A stretch of 59,515 nt of DNA, from NCBI GenBank assembly GCA_946538525.1, contig CAMNGU010000001.1:1-59515 (forward strand). The letters run 5' to 3'. This DNA is from an uncultured Lachnospiraceae bacterium. GTDB lineage: Bacteria > Bacillota > Clostridia > Lachnospirales > Lachnospiraceae. The notes below the pieces were generated by a model. That model had not been told where the DNA came from. It made no database searches and saw only the letters and a program-made list of their open reading frames with translations. A program made the position numbers and the translations under genes. Of the stretch, positions 17,945-27,796 are shown in pieces (the first letter of the stretch is position 1; every line of letters starts with the position of its first letter).

Positions 17945-19171
17945 TTAATATTCTTCAAGAAAATGATGTTTCACACCGTCCTGCTTATATGCAACTACAG
18001 TTGCCAGATTTACATTTTCAACGCTTCGGAAAATATTTTTCTCGATAATAGGATCTTCATTTGCAAGCTGGCTGATAAGCTTTTTGATATCAGCTCTTTT
18101 GGATCCCTTTCCAGTTCCACCACAGGATGCACAGTTTTCTGTAAAACGACATGCACACTGGATGAAGTAGAGATTATTATAGTCTCTCCATCTGATAATT
18201 GCTTCTTCGCGTATAAGGTACATAGGGCGGATAAGTTCCATTCCCTCAAAATTGGTACTGTGTAGTTTAGGCATCATGGTCTGAATCTGGCCACCCCATA
18301 GCATGCCCATAAGAATCGTTTCTATTACATCGTCATAGTGGTGTCCCAAAGCTATCTTGTTGCAACCCAGTTCCTTAGCCTGGCTATAGAGATAGCCTCT
18401 TCGCATTCTTGCACAGAGATAGCATGGATTATCTCCGACCTCTGCCACAGAGTCAAAGATTTCTGTCTTAAATACTTCAATAGGAATACCGAGTTTTTTA
18501 GCATTATCCAAAATGACTTGGTAATTCATATCGTTATAGCCTGGATTCATTACTAAGAATACAGTTTCAAAATTCTTTTTTCCATGGCGGTATAGCTCCT
18601 GGAATAGTTTAGCCATAAGCATGGAGTCTTTTCCGCCAGATATACATACTGCAATTCTGTCACCGTCTTGAATCAGTTCATATTCATTTATTGCTTTTGT
18701 AAATTTACACCAGATGTCTTTACGGAATTTCTTTACGAGGCTTCTTTCAACATCCTTGATATATTGCTCGTTATTCTTCGTTACAACCTCTTCAGATTTT
18801 TGAAGATATGCTTGAACATTTCTTCTCATTATGCATCTGTAACCTTCATCCAGGCTGTAGCATTCATATCCTTTAGACTGAAGCTTATCGGCAACAATGT
18901 CACTCTTAAGGCCTGTATAGCAAATGAGATAGATAGGAATTTCCTTTGAAAGAATTGTGCCAGTTGTTTCATTTAGCTTATCTATAAGCTTTTGGCAGTA
19001 GCTTTCTGTCAGTTCTGCGGACACGCCAAAATCATCGGAGCTTATTTCTTCAATATAGATATTAACTGAAGATGGATAGGCCTCCACAGAATTCTCCTCT
19101 GTATCTCGGATATCAACTATTAATTTTTCTCTGGAGTCAGCCTCCATTTCCTCAAGAGTTTTTCTAAGCAT
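17945..19171 (-). CDS. ttcA: Rhodanese domain fused to a TtcA-family tRNA thiolation enzyme
   Basis: N-terminal IVDIR...LICYTGLKS...YSLDEGY rhodanese. C-terminal SGGKDS PP-loop, CYLC, LGHH.DD, LIRP and CACRFTENCASC. Confidence 0.82.
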   Translation of the reverse strand: MLRKTLEEMEADSREKLIVDIRDTEENSVEAYPSSVNIYIEEISSDDFGVSAELTESYCQKLIDKLNETTGTILSKEIPIYLICYTGLKSDIVADKLQSKGYECYSLDEGYRCIMRRNVQAYLQKSEEVVTKNNEQYIKDVERSLVKKFRKDIWCKFTKAINEYELIQDGDRIAVCISGGKDSMLMAKLFQELYRHGKKNFETVFLVMNPGYNDMNYQVILDNAKKLGIPIEVFKTEIFDSVAEVGDNPCYLCARMRRGYLYSQAKELGCNKIALGHHYDDVIETILMGMLWGGQIQTMMPKLHSTNFEGMELIRPMYLIREEAIIRWRDYNNLYFIQCACRFTENCASCGGTGKGSKRADIKKLISQLANEDPIIEKNIFRSVENVNLATVVAYKQDGVKHHFLEEY

Positions 19172-19321
19172 ATTTAACCTCGGAAAGTGTAATTCTTCTA
19201 TCTACAATAACATAACCTTGCTTATGATATACTATGATACTTTTCAGCGCAAGAGGATTGTATAGAAAGAATAAAAATATTTGGGCTTACAGTGATTGTG
19301 AAGATAAATAACGAAAATATA

Positions 19322-19401
19322 TTGACAAGGAAAATAGGTTGATGTATTATCTGTATTACAACGAGTAATACAAACGATACAAAAGTAATACAAATAATAC
19401 A
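19322..19401 (+). promoter_or_regulatory. Sigma-A promoter and YtrA/GntR-type operator
   Basis: TTGACA (19322)-17 bp-TATTAT (19345); perfect TGTATTAC-N5-GTAATACA at 19352-19372; extra TAATACA half-sites to 19401. Confidence 0.75.
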
Positions 19402-19450
19402 AACATAATTTGAAAAATTAGAGTTGTTTTTGATAAGGAGGTTCACTGCT

Positions 19451-20158
19451 ATGTTGGTGATCAGAAATTTAGATAAACATTATAAGGGGACGGATAAGGG
19501 TGTATCCGGGATTTCGCTTACTGTAGAACCTGGTGATATATATGCATTTATCGGACATAATGGTGCGGGTAAGACTACACTACTTAAGGCAGTAACTGGC
19601 ATTCATGAGTTTGATAGTGGAGAGGTAATTATTGATGGAATCAATATAAAGGATGATCCTATGGAGGTTAAGCGTAGGATAGCATATATTCCTGATAATC
19701 CGGATATATATGAATTCCTTACAGGTATTCAGTATCTTCAGCTTGTGGCAGATATATATGGAGTTTCAGCTGTGGAGCGTGAGGCAAAAATATCTGAAAT
19801 GGCAGATAAGTTTGAGATTACTTCCTCACTGGGAGATCTTATATCCTCATATTCACATGGCATGAAGCAGAAGCTGGTTATCATATCTGCTTTACTTCAT
19901 AGTCCTAAGCTTCTAATTATGGATGAGCCTTTTGTAGGACTTGATCCTAAGGCCGCATTTATCCTAAAGGAGCTGATGAGGGAGATGACAGCAAATGGAA
20001 ATGCAATATTCTTCTCGACACATGTGCTTGAGGTGGCGGAGAAACTTTGTAATAAGGTAGCAATCATAAAGAGTGGAAAGATTCTTTCCAGCGGATTAAT
20101 GAATGAAGTAGTTAAAGAGGGAGAGTCCCTTGAAGAACTCTTTATGGAGAATGTTTAA
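19451..20158 (+). CDS. ABC transporter ATP-binding protein
   Basis: GHNGAGKT, YSHGMKQK, IMDEP, STH; AAGGAGG SD. Confidence 0.93.
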   Translation: MLVIRNLDKHYKGTDKGVSGISLTVEPGDIYAFIGHNGAGKTTLLKAVTGIHEFDSGEVIIDGINIKDDPMEVKRRIAYIPDNPDIYEFLTGIQYLQLVADIYGVSAVEREAKISEMADKFEITSSLGDLISSYSHGMKQKLVIISALLHSPKLLIMDEPFVGLDPKAAFILKELMREMTANGNAIFFSTHVLEVAEKLCNKVAIIKSGKILSSGLMNEVVKEGESLEELFMENV

Positions 20159-20182
20159 AGTAATAAATAGTTTAGAGGCTTT

Positions 20183-21811
20183 ATGATGAAATTAGTAACT
20201 CTTTCAAAATATGAATTAGTAAATTTCCTTGGAATAAATGAACTACGCAAGGTGAAAAATCCTACTGCAAAAAAGCAGAAGGGTTTTATATTTGGAATGC
20301 TGATATTTTTATATATCTGCCTTGCAGGATATACTGCAGGACAGGCAATTATGCTGGCGGTGTTGGGAACAGCAGAGTATATTCCAATTCTTTTCTTCTT
20401 ATCTGCTTTTGCTATGAATCTAGTTGTTGGAATCTATAGAGCAAAGTCAACAATCTATAGAGAGAGCGATCTGGAGTTGGTTTCTGCCTTCCCATTAAGT
20501 GGAGTGGATTTAGCTGCTTCAAGAGTATTTAGATTATATTTTGATAATATGATAGTTGGTTTAGCGGTTATAATTCCTGCATTTCTTGTATACGGAATTA
20601 TGACTGGATGTGGAGCGGTATTCTATATTTCTATTCTTATAGTTTGCATCATATCACCAATTCTTCCGACAGCTATTGCCTCCTGGATTGGAATATTCTT
20701 TGCTGCCGTAATTGCTAGGAATCGTCATAAGGTTCTAACTGAAGTGGTATTGGTTTTGATTATCGTATTAGGCTCATTTGCTTTTAGTGGAGTGATTTCT
20801 GCTAAGACTGGTCTCACGACAGGGATTTCTGTAAGTGAGAAGAAGGAAATGGATGAGCAGATGAAATTAGAGATGGCTGCTATGATTGGGGAGAAGATGG
20901 TTAGTCTGGAAAAAGCATTTCCGCTAGTGAAACCACTTAGTGCTGTACTCCAGAAGGGTGGACTGAGTGGCATTCTGATATATGCGCTGATTTCCCTGGC
21001 TGTAATGGTGCCAACTGTAATTGTTATAGGAAAGAATTTCTTTAGTATATCAAAAAGACTTTTTGTTACAAAGAACCATAAAGAGTACAGAATAGAAGAA
21101 CTTAAGAAGCAGTCGGTTCTTACGGCTCTAATTAAGAAAGAAGCAGCCAGATATTTCTCTTCTGGGATTTATGTTTCAAATACTATAATTGGTCCGGTTA
21201 TGGCAGTAGCTTTAACTGTGGCTTTAGGATTTATTGATCTTAACAAGATAGTGGCGAGTGCAGGAAAACTTCCTGTGGAGCTTAATGTATATAATAGTAT
21301 TCCATTTCTTATTGCACTTATATATTGCATGATGACAATCTCGGCTTCATCGGTATCAATGGAAGGAAAAAACTGGTGGATTATGAGAACACTTCCTATA
21401 AGTGCGAAAGAAATTCTTGGAGCTAAGCTGCTTTTCAATATGATATTTATTGCTCCATTCTATATAGTTTCCGAGATAATAATGCTCTTCACGGTAAATG
21501 CAGGCTTTTTGGAAAGAATCTGGCTCATTTTAATTCCTGGACTAACAATAGTTTTTTCAATACTTTTTGGACTGTTTTTAAATCTGAAATTTCCAAAATT
21601 TGATTGGGGAAATGAGGTTGAAGTGGTTAAACAAAGTGCAGCTGTTGGACTTTCTTTGGTAGGAACACTTCCTGTATTAATAGCTTGTATGGAATCGATG
21701 ATATTGACAGGGACAGGGCTGGTTTTGTTAAATGCTGGATTTTCATTAGCACTGGTTATTTTAAGTCTGCTTCTATATTGTAGCATTTTAAGAACGAAGC
21801 TAAAGGAATAG
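20183..21811 (+). CDS. ABC-2 type exporter permease (large, multi-TM)
   Basis: Many TM segments, SMEGKNWW.....P motif, follows the ATPase. Confidence 0.85.
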   Translation: MMKLVTLSKYELVNFLGINELRKVKNPTAKKQKGFIFGMLIFLYICLAGYTAGQAIMLAVLGTAEYIPILFFLSAFAMNLVVGIYRAKSTIYRESDLELVSAFPLSGVDLAASRVFRLYFDNMIVGLAVIIPAFLVYGIMTGCGAVFYISILIVCIISPILPTAIASWIGIFFAAVIARNRHKVLTEVVLVLIIVLGSFAFSGVISAKTGLTTGISVSEKKEMDEQMKLEMAAMIGEKMVSLEKAFPLVKPLSAVLQKGGLSGILIYALISLAVMVPTVIVIGKNFFSISKRLFVTKNHKEYRIEELKKQSVLTALIKKEAARYFSSGIYVSNTIIGPVMAVALTVALGFIDLNKIVASAGKLPVELNVYNSIPFLIALIYCMMTISASSVSMEGKNWWIMRTLPISAKEILGAKLLFNMIFIAPFYIVSEIIMLFTVNAGFLERIWLILIPGLTIVFSILFGLFLNLKFPKFDWGNEVEVVKQSAAVGLSLVGTLPVLIACMESMILTGTGLVLLNAGFSLALVILSLLLYCSILRTKLKE

Positions 21812-21860
21812 AGTTCGTAATGCCGTAATAATGACAATAGTTTAAAAGGATGATAATATT

Positions 21861-22823
21861 ATGAAGATTGAGAAAATGGATATTGAGAAAATGGATAAGA
21901 AAAAAGTAATAAAGTTTGTTGTTATAGTATATATTCTTGCATGGATTCCATCAGCACTGGCAGGTTTCTATAGGAGAACATGTGATGATCCTATGAAGGG
22001 GCTCATGTTCTTTAATGGCACACTTAGTATTATGATGTTTACACCTATGATTGCCACATTGATTGTTAATCATGGACTTAAAGGGATGGGATGGAAACCA
22101 AAATTTAAGGGGAATGTAAAATGGATCTTCTTCAGTATTATAGCTCCTATGGTTATGACAATTCTTGGATTCCTTTGCTTCTTCGCTGTCTTCCCTGATC
22201 TTTTTGCCCTGGATGGCTCATATATCCTTAAGTATTATGAAAGTATGGGAATGGATACAGCTGCTGTCACGAATTTGTTTGAAGAAAAAGGTATGAGTAT
22301 GACAACGGTGGTGTTAATTACCATGTTGCAGGCCATGATTGAAGCACCATTTATAAATATGTTTATTTCTGTGGGAGAGGAAGCTGGATGGAGAGGATTT
22401 CTATATCCGGAACTGACAAAGGGGTTTGGAAAGGTGAAGGGTTGGATAATCGGTGGACTTATTTGGTCAGGTTTCCATTACCCTGCTATAGCTATTGGTG
22501 GTCATAATTATGGATTTAATTATTTTGGAGCTCCAGTTCTTGGGATAGTGGTATTCACACTAACCTGTACAGCACTAGGAATACTTCATGAGATAATTTA
22601 TGATAAGACAAAATGTATCTGGTATCCGTCATTACTTCATGGTGCAATAAATGCTGCCTTTACAATGTATAATATGGTTCTAAATGGAGAGCATTTTGAT
22701 AAGATAGAAAAGCTTACTATTTTAGGACCAGGAAATCTGGCTCTGATTTCAGGTATTCCAATAATTCTTACTGCAGTGATAATGGGTATGATGGTTATCA
22801 AAAAAAATGCTTCAAATGAGTAA
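21861..22823 (+). CDS. CPBP/CAAX (Abi) family intramembrane protease
   Basis: EEAGWRG, WSGFH and HGAIN motifs. Confidence 0.9.
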   Translation: MKIEKMDIEKMDKKKVIKFVVIVYILAWIPSALAGFYRRTCDDPMKGLMFFNGTLSIMMFTPMIATLIVNHGLKGMGWKPKFKGNVKWIFFSIIAPMVMTILGFLCFFAVFPDLFALDGSYILKYYESMGMDTAAVTNLFEEKGMSMTTVVLITMLQAMIEAPFINMFISVGEEAGWRGFLYPELTKGFGKVKGWIIGGLIWSGFHYPAIAIGGHNYGFNYFGAPVLGIVVFTLTCTALGILHEIIYDKTKCIWYPSLLHGAINAAFTMYNMVLNGEHFDKIEKLTILGPGNLALISGIPIILTAVIMGMMVIKKNASNE

Positions 22824-22935
22824 ATGAAATATGCTAAAGGATTTAAAAATATTAAATCAGGATACAAAAATCTAGTAAAAATACTAATAAAATTTCTTAA
22901 AATTTGTATAAAATCTGTAATAGAAGGGAACCAGT

Positions 22936-23295
22936 ATGGTAATCAAGATAGATGAATACTCTGATATTCCTATATACCAGCAGATACGAAATCAGATCGT
23001 TATGGGAATATCGAGTGGTGAACTAAAGCCCGGTGAACAACTTCCAACGGTAAGGGCACTGGCCATGGAAATCGGTATAAATACCATGACCGTCAGCAAG
23101 ACTTATCAGATGCTGAAGAATGAAGGCTATATAACCACTGACAGAAAAAACGGTGCCAGGGTCCGTGCTGAGATACAGCAGTCTGGCGTAATAAGTGATG
23201 AGAATAAGGTCGAGCTTCGAAGGATTGTCTCCGAGGCTCGGCTTTCGGGCGTTTCGAAAAATGAAATCAAGAAACTGATAGATGAGTATTACTAA
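22936..23295 (+). CDS. GntR-family (YtrA subfamily) regulator
   Basis: PIYQQI...GELKPGEQLPTVRALA....N..TV.K.Y..L; short C-terminus. Confidence 0.93.
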   Translation: MVIKIDEYSDIPIYQQIRNQIVMGISSGELKPGEQLPTVRALAMEIGINTMTVSKTYQMLKNEGYITTDRKNGARVRAEIQQSGVISDENKVELRRIVSEARLSGVSKNEIKKLIDEYY

Positions 23296-23439
23296 AATGT
23301 ATTACTAAACTTAGAAGATATTAGATAAAATATTTAGGTGATGGTGACCTGGTTGATTGAAACTGATTAAGATTAATTGAGTTAGATTGAGTTTGATCGA
23401 GTTAGATCGATGCGGGTCCTATCAAGAGAGGAAAAAAAT

Positions 23440-24846
23440 ATGAGTATGTTATTGGGACTTGTAATGTTTATATGTCTGGTTCCATTTGTGATAATAATGT
23501 ATTTCCTGCAATATCCAAAAAACTGGCAGGATAAGAAAATAATTTTTGGTGTGAGAAATCGAGCAGTTTTTTCTACAAAAGAAAATGAGGAAACTGTGGA
23601 TGAGATAGTGCAGAGAATAAGAAAACAGGCAACATGTATTCTGATTCCAATTTGTGTCCTAGCCACAGCTATGGTATTTATTCCTAGCTTTATGGTTAAG
23701 ATGATCGGATATACGGTGTATATTTTTATTGCACTTATGGTTATGACTTTACCGTATGTAAAGGGAAACAGTGAACTGAAGAGTTTTAAGAGGGAGCTGG
23801 GGCTTGCATCAAATGAAAATGTGAGAGCAGCTGATCTGAAAAGCATCAGTTCATCCCATACTCTGAATATGCCGGCGCTTATCATTCCTAATGTTATTAT
23901 GTTTTTAGGAACGATTTTTGCGTTATTATATGATCTGAAGATCATCAGTGTGGGAAATAATATATTCCAGGAGACATTTGCAGCCAGCATAAGTGCTGGC
24001 GTATTTCTGTTTCAGGGGATACTGTTTATATTCATAGCTAAAATGACAGATGATATGCGAAATGAAGTCATTTCCAAAGAAAGCGATGTAAATGCAAATT
24101 ATAACCGTGCCAAGAAGAAGATATGGAGCGATTTCTGGCTTCAGGCATGCTGGCTTAATTCTGGTTTGGGAGTGCTGTTAATTATTGCCGTAATAGTAGC
24201 ATTTGGTGAGATTGGAATGGTAGCGGGTATGGTTTTATGGCTTCTGATTCTGATTGTTCTCATGGCAAATGTGGCTCAAAAGACATCAAAGCTGAAAGAA
24301 CACTATAAAACTGAAAATGAGTTTGAAGAAGATGATGATGACTATTGGGTTTACGGCCTTTTCTATTATAATCCTAAGGATGCCAGACTTAATGTTGAGA
24401 AGAGAGTAGGAATTGGTTCCACCATTAATATGGCCCATCCTATGGGAAAGGTTATCTCTGGAATTATAGCCCTTGTAACCATTGGAACATTTGGCGCACT
24501 TGTTTATGCGGGAATCTTTGCCACTACACCTCTTGATACAAGAGTCGAAGATGGAAAGGTGATATGCCATCAGTTCAGGGATGAATATAAGATTGCTATA
24601 GATGACATTCAGTCTGTGAAATATGTGGATACTCTTGAAGGATTATCACTTATCAAGCTTGGAGGAGCTGCCACGGACAAACTGTATAAGGGAAACTTTG
24701 CAGCAGGAGATGATAAGAATGTTAAGGTATATCTAAGTTATGATGCTGATTGCTATATCAGAATTCAGACTTCAGATGAAATATATTATATTAACGATGT
24801 GACAAAAGAAGATACAAAGAAACTTTATGATCAATTAAGTGAATAA
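23440..24846 (+). CDS. DUF5808-type membrane protein with a probable C-terminal bacterial PH-like domain
   Basis: YWVYGLFYYNPKD....VEKR.GIG.TINM.HP motif, multiple TMs, GAGGA SD. Confidence 0.75.
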   Translation: MSMLLGLVMFICLVPFVIIMYFLQYPKNWQDKKIIFGVRNRAVFSTKENEETVDEIVQRIRKQATCILIPICVLATAMVFIPSFMVKMIGYTVYIFIALMVMTLPYVKGNSELKSFKRELGLASNENVRAADLKSISSSHTLNMPALIIPNVIMFLGTIFALLYDLKIISVGNNIFQETFAASISAGVFLFQGILFIFIAKMTDDMRNEVISKESDVNANYNRAKKKIWSDFWLQACWLNSGLGVLLIIAVIVAFGEIGMVAGMVLWLLILIVLMANVAQKTSKLKEHYKTENEFEEDDDDYWVYGLFYYNPKDARLNVEKRVGIGSTINMAHPMGKVISGIIALVTIGTFGALVYAGIFATTPLDTRVEDGKVICHQFRDEYKIAIDDIQSVKYVDTLEGLSLIKLGGAATDKLYKGNFAAGDDKNVKVYLSYDADCYIRIQTSDEIYYINDVTKEDTKKLYDQLSE

Positions 24847-24884
24847 TTTATCTTTTTGAGGTTGTATTTAGAAAGGGGATAAAT

Positions 24885-25700
24885 ATGAGATTTGGTACAT
24901 CATCACCTCTGGCACATGAGTCAGCCGATGAATGGGCAGAAAGACAAGTGGCGCTGGGATGTGGATCAGTTGTCTTTCCAGTTCAAAGTGATGAACCTAT
25001 TGAAAGGATTGACCGTTACAAAAAGGCAGCAGAGGATCATGGACTTTTGATTGCGGAGATTGGAATATGGAGAAATGCACTTTCTCCTGATGCTGACGAA
25101 AGAAAGAAGAACATGGACTATTGTGTGGAACAGCTTAAACTGGCGGATTATCTAGGAGCAAGATGTGCAGTAAATGTAGCTGGCGCATTTGGCCCGAGAT
25201 GGGACGGTCATTATAGAGAGAACTTTACGGCTGAGGCAAGGCAGAAAACAGTTAAGATGGTTCAGGAGATTATTGACCGAGCAGATGTGAAGAATACTTT
25301 CTTTACTCTGGAGCCAATGCCATGGATGATTCCAACAGGACCAAAGGATTATCTGAAACTTATAGATGAAGTTGATAGAGAAAGATTTGCAGTTCATCTG
25401 GATATTATCAACATGACAAATTCAGCTGACAGGTACTTTAATTCAGAAGAGTTTGTGGATGAGTGCGCAGAGCTTCTAGGTAAAAGAATAAGAAGCTGTC
25501 ATATCAAGGACATTCATCTTAAGGAGGAGTATACACTTCAGCTGGAAGAATGTGCTCCAGGATGCGGTGAATTTCCGCTGGGGTATTACATTAAGAAGAT
25601 GGACGAGATAGATAAGGATATGCCAATAATTGTGGAGCATCTGGAAACGGATGAAGATTATATTAAATATCTTAAATATGTACAGGGACTTGTGAACTAG
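24885..25700 (+). CDS. Sugar-phosphate isomerase/epimerase (xylose isomerase-like TIM barrel)
   Basis: LEPM, VHLD..N, CHIKD and IVEH metal ligands. Confidence 0.8.
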   Translation: MRFGTSSPLAHESADEWAERQVALGCGSVVFPVQSDEPIERIDRYKKAAEDHGLLIAEIGIWRNALSPDADERKKNMDYCVEQLKLADYLGARCAVNVAGAFGPRWDGHYRENFTAEARQKTVKMVQEIIDRADVKNTFFTLEPMPWMIPTGPKDYLKLIDEVDRERFAVHLDIINMTNSADRYFNSEEFVDECAELLGKRIRSCHIKDIHLKEEYTLQLEECAPGCGEFPLGYYIKKMDEIDKDMPIIVEHLETDEDYIKYLKYVQGLVN

Positions 25701-25761
25701 TGGCATTATGGGATGCGAAATATAGTTCATAGCATTAAAGCTTTAAGTAGTGGAGGTAACT

Positions 25762-26655
25762 ATGGAGTATAAAAGATTATCTGATGCAAATGAAATCACT
25801 GCCCGTTACATGGACAGTATTCTTATAAGTGAAAGACTGATTGATTCAGTCGTTGCAGATACAACTATGGAATTCTTAGGCGAGACATTTGATATGCCTG
25901 TTATGACGCCTGCATTTTCTCATCTCAAGAACTATAATGGACGAGAGAAGACTGGACTTGAGGAATATTCTATAGCAGCAAAGGAGATGAACATTCTTAA
26001 CTTTGTGGGAATGATGGAGAATGATGACTTCAGCAAGATCCTGGCAACGGGAGCGAAGACAATTCGTATTGTTAAACCTTATGCTGATAAGGGCAAGGTA
26101 AAGGACCAGATGCAGTTTGCAGTGGAAAATGGAGCCTTTGGAATTGGAATGGATATCGATCATATCTTCGGCGAAGAGGGAGAGGATGTGGTTATTGGAG
26201 AGAAGATGGCTGTGCAGACAACAGACATGCTTCAAAGATATGTTGAATCCACCACACTTCCATTTGTTGTTAAGGGAGTTCTAAGTGCAGAGGATGCAGT
26301 CAAATGCGCCGACATCGGAGCTAAGGCGATTATTGTAAGTCATCATCATGGCCGACTTCCATATGCTGTTCCACCGATGAGAGTGCTTCCTGAAATCAAA
26401 GGGGCTCTGGATGGTCGTGATGTGAAGATCATAGTTGATTGTGGAATCGCTAGTGGAGCGGATGTATATAAGGCAATTGCCCTGGGAGCAGATGCGGCAG
26501 CAGTAGGAAGATCAATGCTTCCTGCTCTTGAGGAAAATGGTGTTGAAGGAGTTGAGACATTCTTGAAGGGAGTTCAAAAAGAACTCCGCTTCGTTATGAG
26601 CTGTACAGGATTTGCTAAAGTTGAGGATATTGATGACTCATGCCTATATTTCTAG
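25762..26655 (+). CDS. FMN-dependent alpha-hydroxy-acid oxidase/dehydrogenase family protein
   Basis: PFVVKG, IVSHHHGR, VDCGI.SG.DVYKA.ALGA.A..VGR. Confidence 0.8.
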   Translation: MEYKRLSDANEITARYMDSILISERLIDSVVADTTMEFLGETFDMPVMTPAFSHLKNYNGREKTGLEEYSIAAKEMNILNFVGMMENDDFSKILATGAKTIRIVKPYADKGKVKDQMQFAVENGAFGIGMDIDHIFGEEGEDVVIGEKMAVQTTDMLQRYVESTTLPFVVKGVLSAEDAVKCADIGAKAIIVSHHHGRLPYAVPPMRVLPEIKGALDGRDVKIIVDCGIASGADVYKAIALGADAAAVGRSMLPALEENGVEGVETFLKGVQKELRFVMSCTGFAKVEDIDDSCLYF

Positions 26656-26714
26656 AATATCTTATTTTAGGAGTGACTTATCTATAAGAAAAATATTACG
26701 GGCTGGAATTTGAA

Positions 26715-27617
26715 TTATGATTCGTTATTATTTGCCCAGGTTTTTCTATAGTCCCTAGGGGAAGATTCAAATGATTTCTTAAACATTTCGGACATGTAAC
26801 TTGTCCCGTTAAATCCCGTTTGGGATGCAATTTCAGAAAGAGGTAAAGAGGTGGTTCGAAGAAGTTCGGCCACCTTTCTTACTCTGTAATTAAGTACATA
26901 GTTCACTGGACTCTCTCCCACGAATTTATGGAAGACTTTGTTGCAGAGAGACTTACTTATATTTCCACTATTCGCAATATCATCCAAGGTGATTGGTTCT
27001 GTATAATTCTGCTGGATATAGTACATCATAGCTTTAAATGACTTGGTGTGTATATCTGTCTGGACATCTTCACTGACCATACCGTAGTGTATGCTTTGAG
27101 TTAATATAACTTCCCATATATCAAAGAGCTTCTTAGTAATCTGAAATGGATTTCTTCGACTGTTTGGAAGGGTGAGCATTATATCTCGGATATCCTTAGT
27201 ATTTTCATTTATATTTCTAAAACGAAGATAGCTTAAGTTTGGATTGTTCAGTATAGGCTGAAGAGCCTGCATTTCGACAGCTACTGAAGAATTGAGAATG
27301 CTGGGATGAACAATAAATATTACATATGTGGCGGTGGTATTATCCAGAGCTAAACTGTAATGAATCTGATTAGAATTCACAAATATAGTATCTCCGGCAT
27401 TCAGAGTGACTAGTTTTCCATTTACGGAATATGCCATCTTTCCAGTCTTAACAGTAACCAGTTCAATATCCTCATGAAAATGAGGCACTTTCTCCCAGGT
27501 TACATTTGGCTTTATCCATCCGTCATAAATATATGATGGAAATGTATCTTCATCATAGTTGACCTGTTCAGAGCCATCCTCACGCTTTACTATGAGTCCC
27601 ATGAGTTCTCGTTTCAT
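26715..27617 (-). CDS. AraC-family regulator with an N-terminal cupin domain
   Basis: HFH..IE...H cupin; C-terminal double HTH (IASQTGFNGTSYMS..FKK....SP.DYR). Confidence 0.92.
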   Translation of the reverse strand: MKRELMGLIVKREDGSEQVNYDEDTFPSYIYDGWIKPNVTWEKVPHFHEDIELVTVKTGKMAYSVNGKLVTLNAGDTIFVNSNQIHYSLALDNTTATYVIFIVHPSILNSSVAVEMQALQPILNNPNLSYLRFRNINENTKDIRDIMLTLPNSRRNPFQITKKLFDIWEVILTQSIHYGMVSEDVQTDIHTKSFKAMMYYIQQNYTEPITLDDIANSGNISKSLCNKVFHKFVGESPVNYVLNYRVRKVAELLRTTSLPLSEIASQTGFNGTSYMSEMFKKSFESSPRDYRKTWANNNES

Positions 27618-27796
27618 ATGAATATCTCCCTTAAAACTTTATCATAACAATATTATATTTGAATCTATAAAACAATAACAATATTACACAGGCATGCAAA
27701 ATAGTTATAAAAATATACTGATTTTAACCTATTATTCCCTTTTTATATACAATATACTTGTTATTGGAAGATAAATCAAGACAGGAGGTCTTAAGA

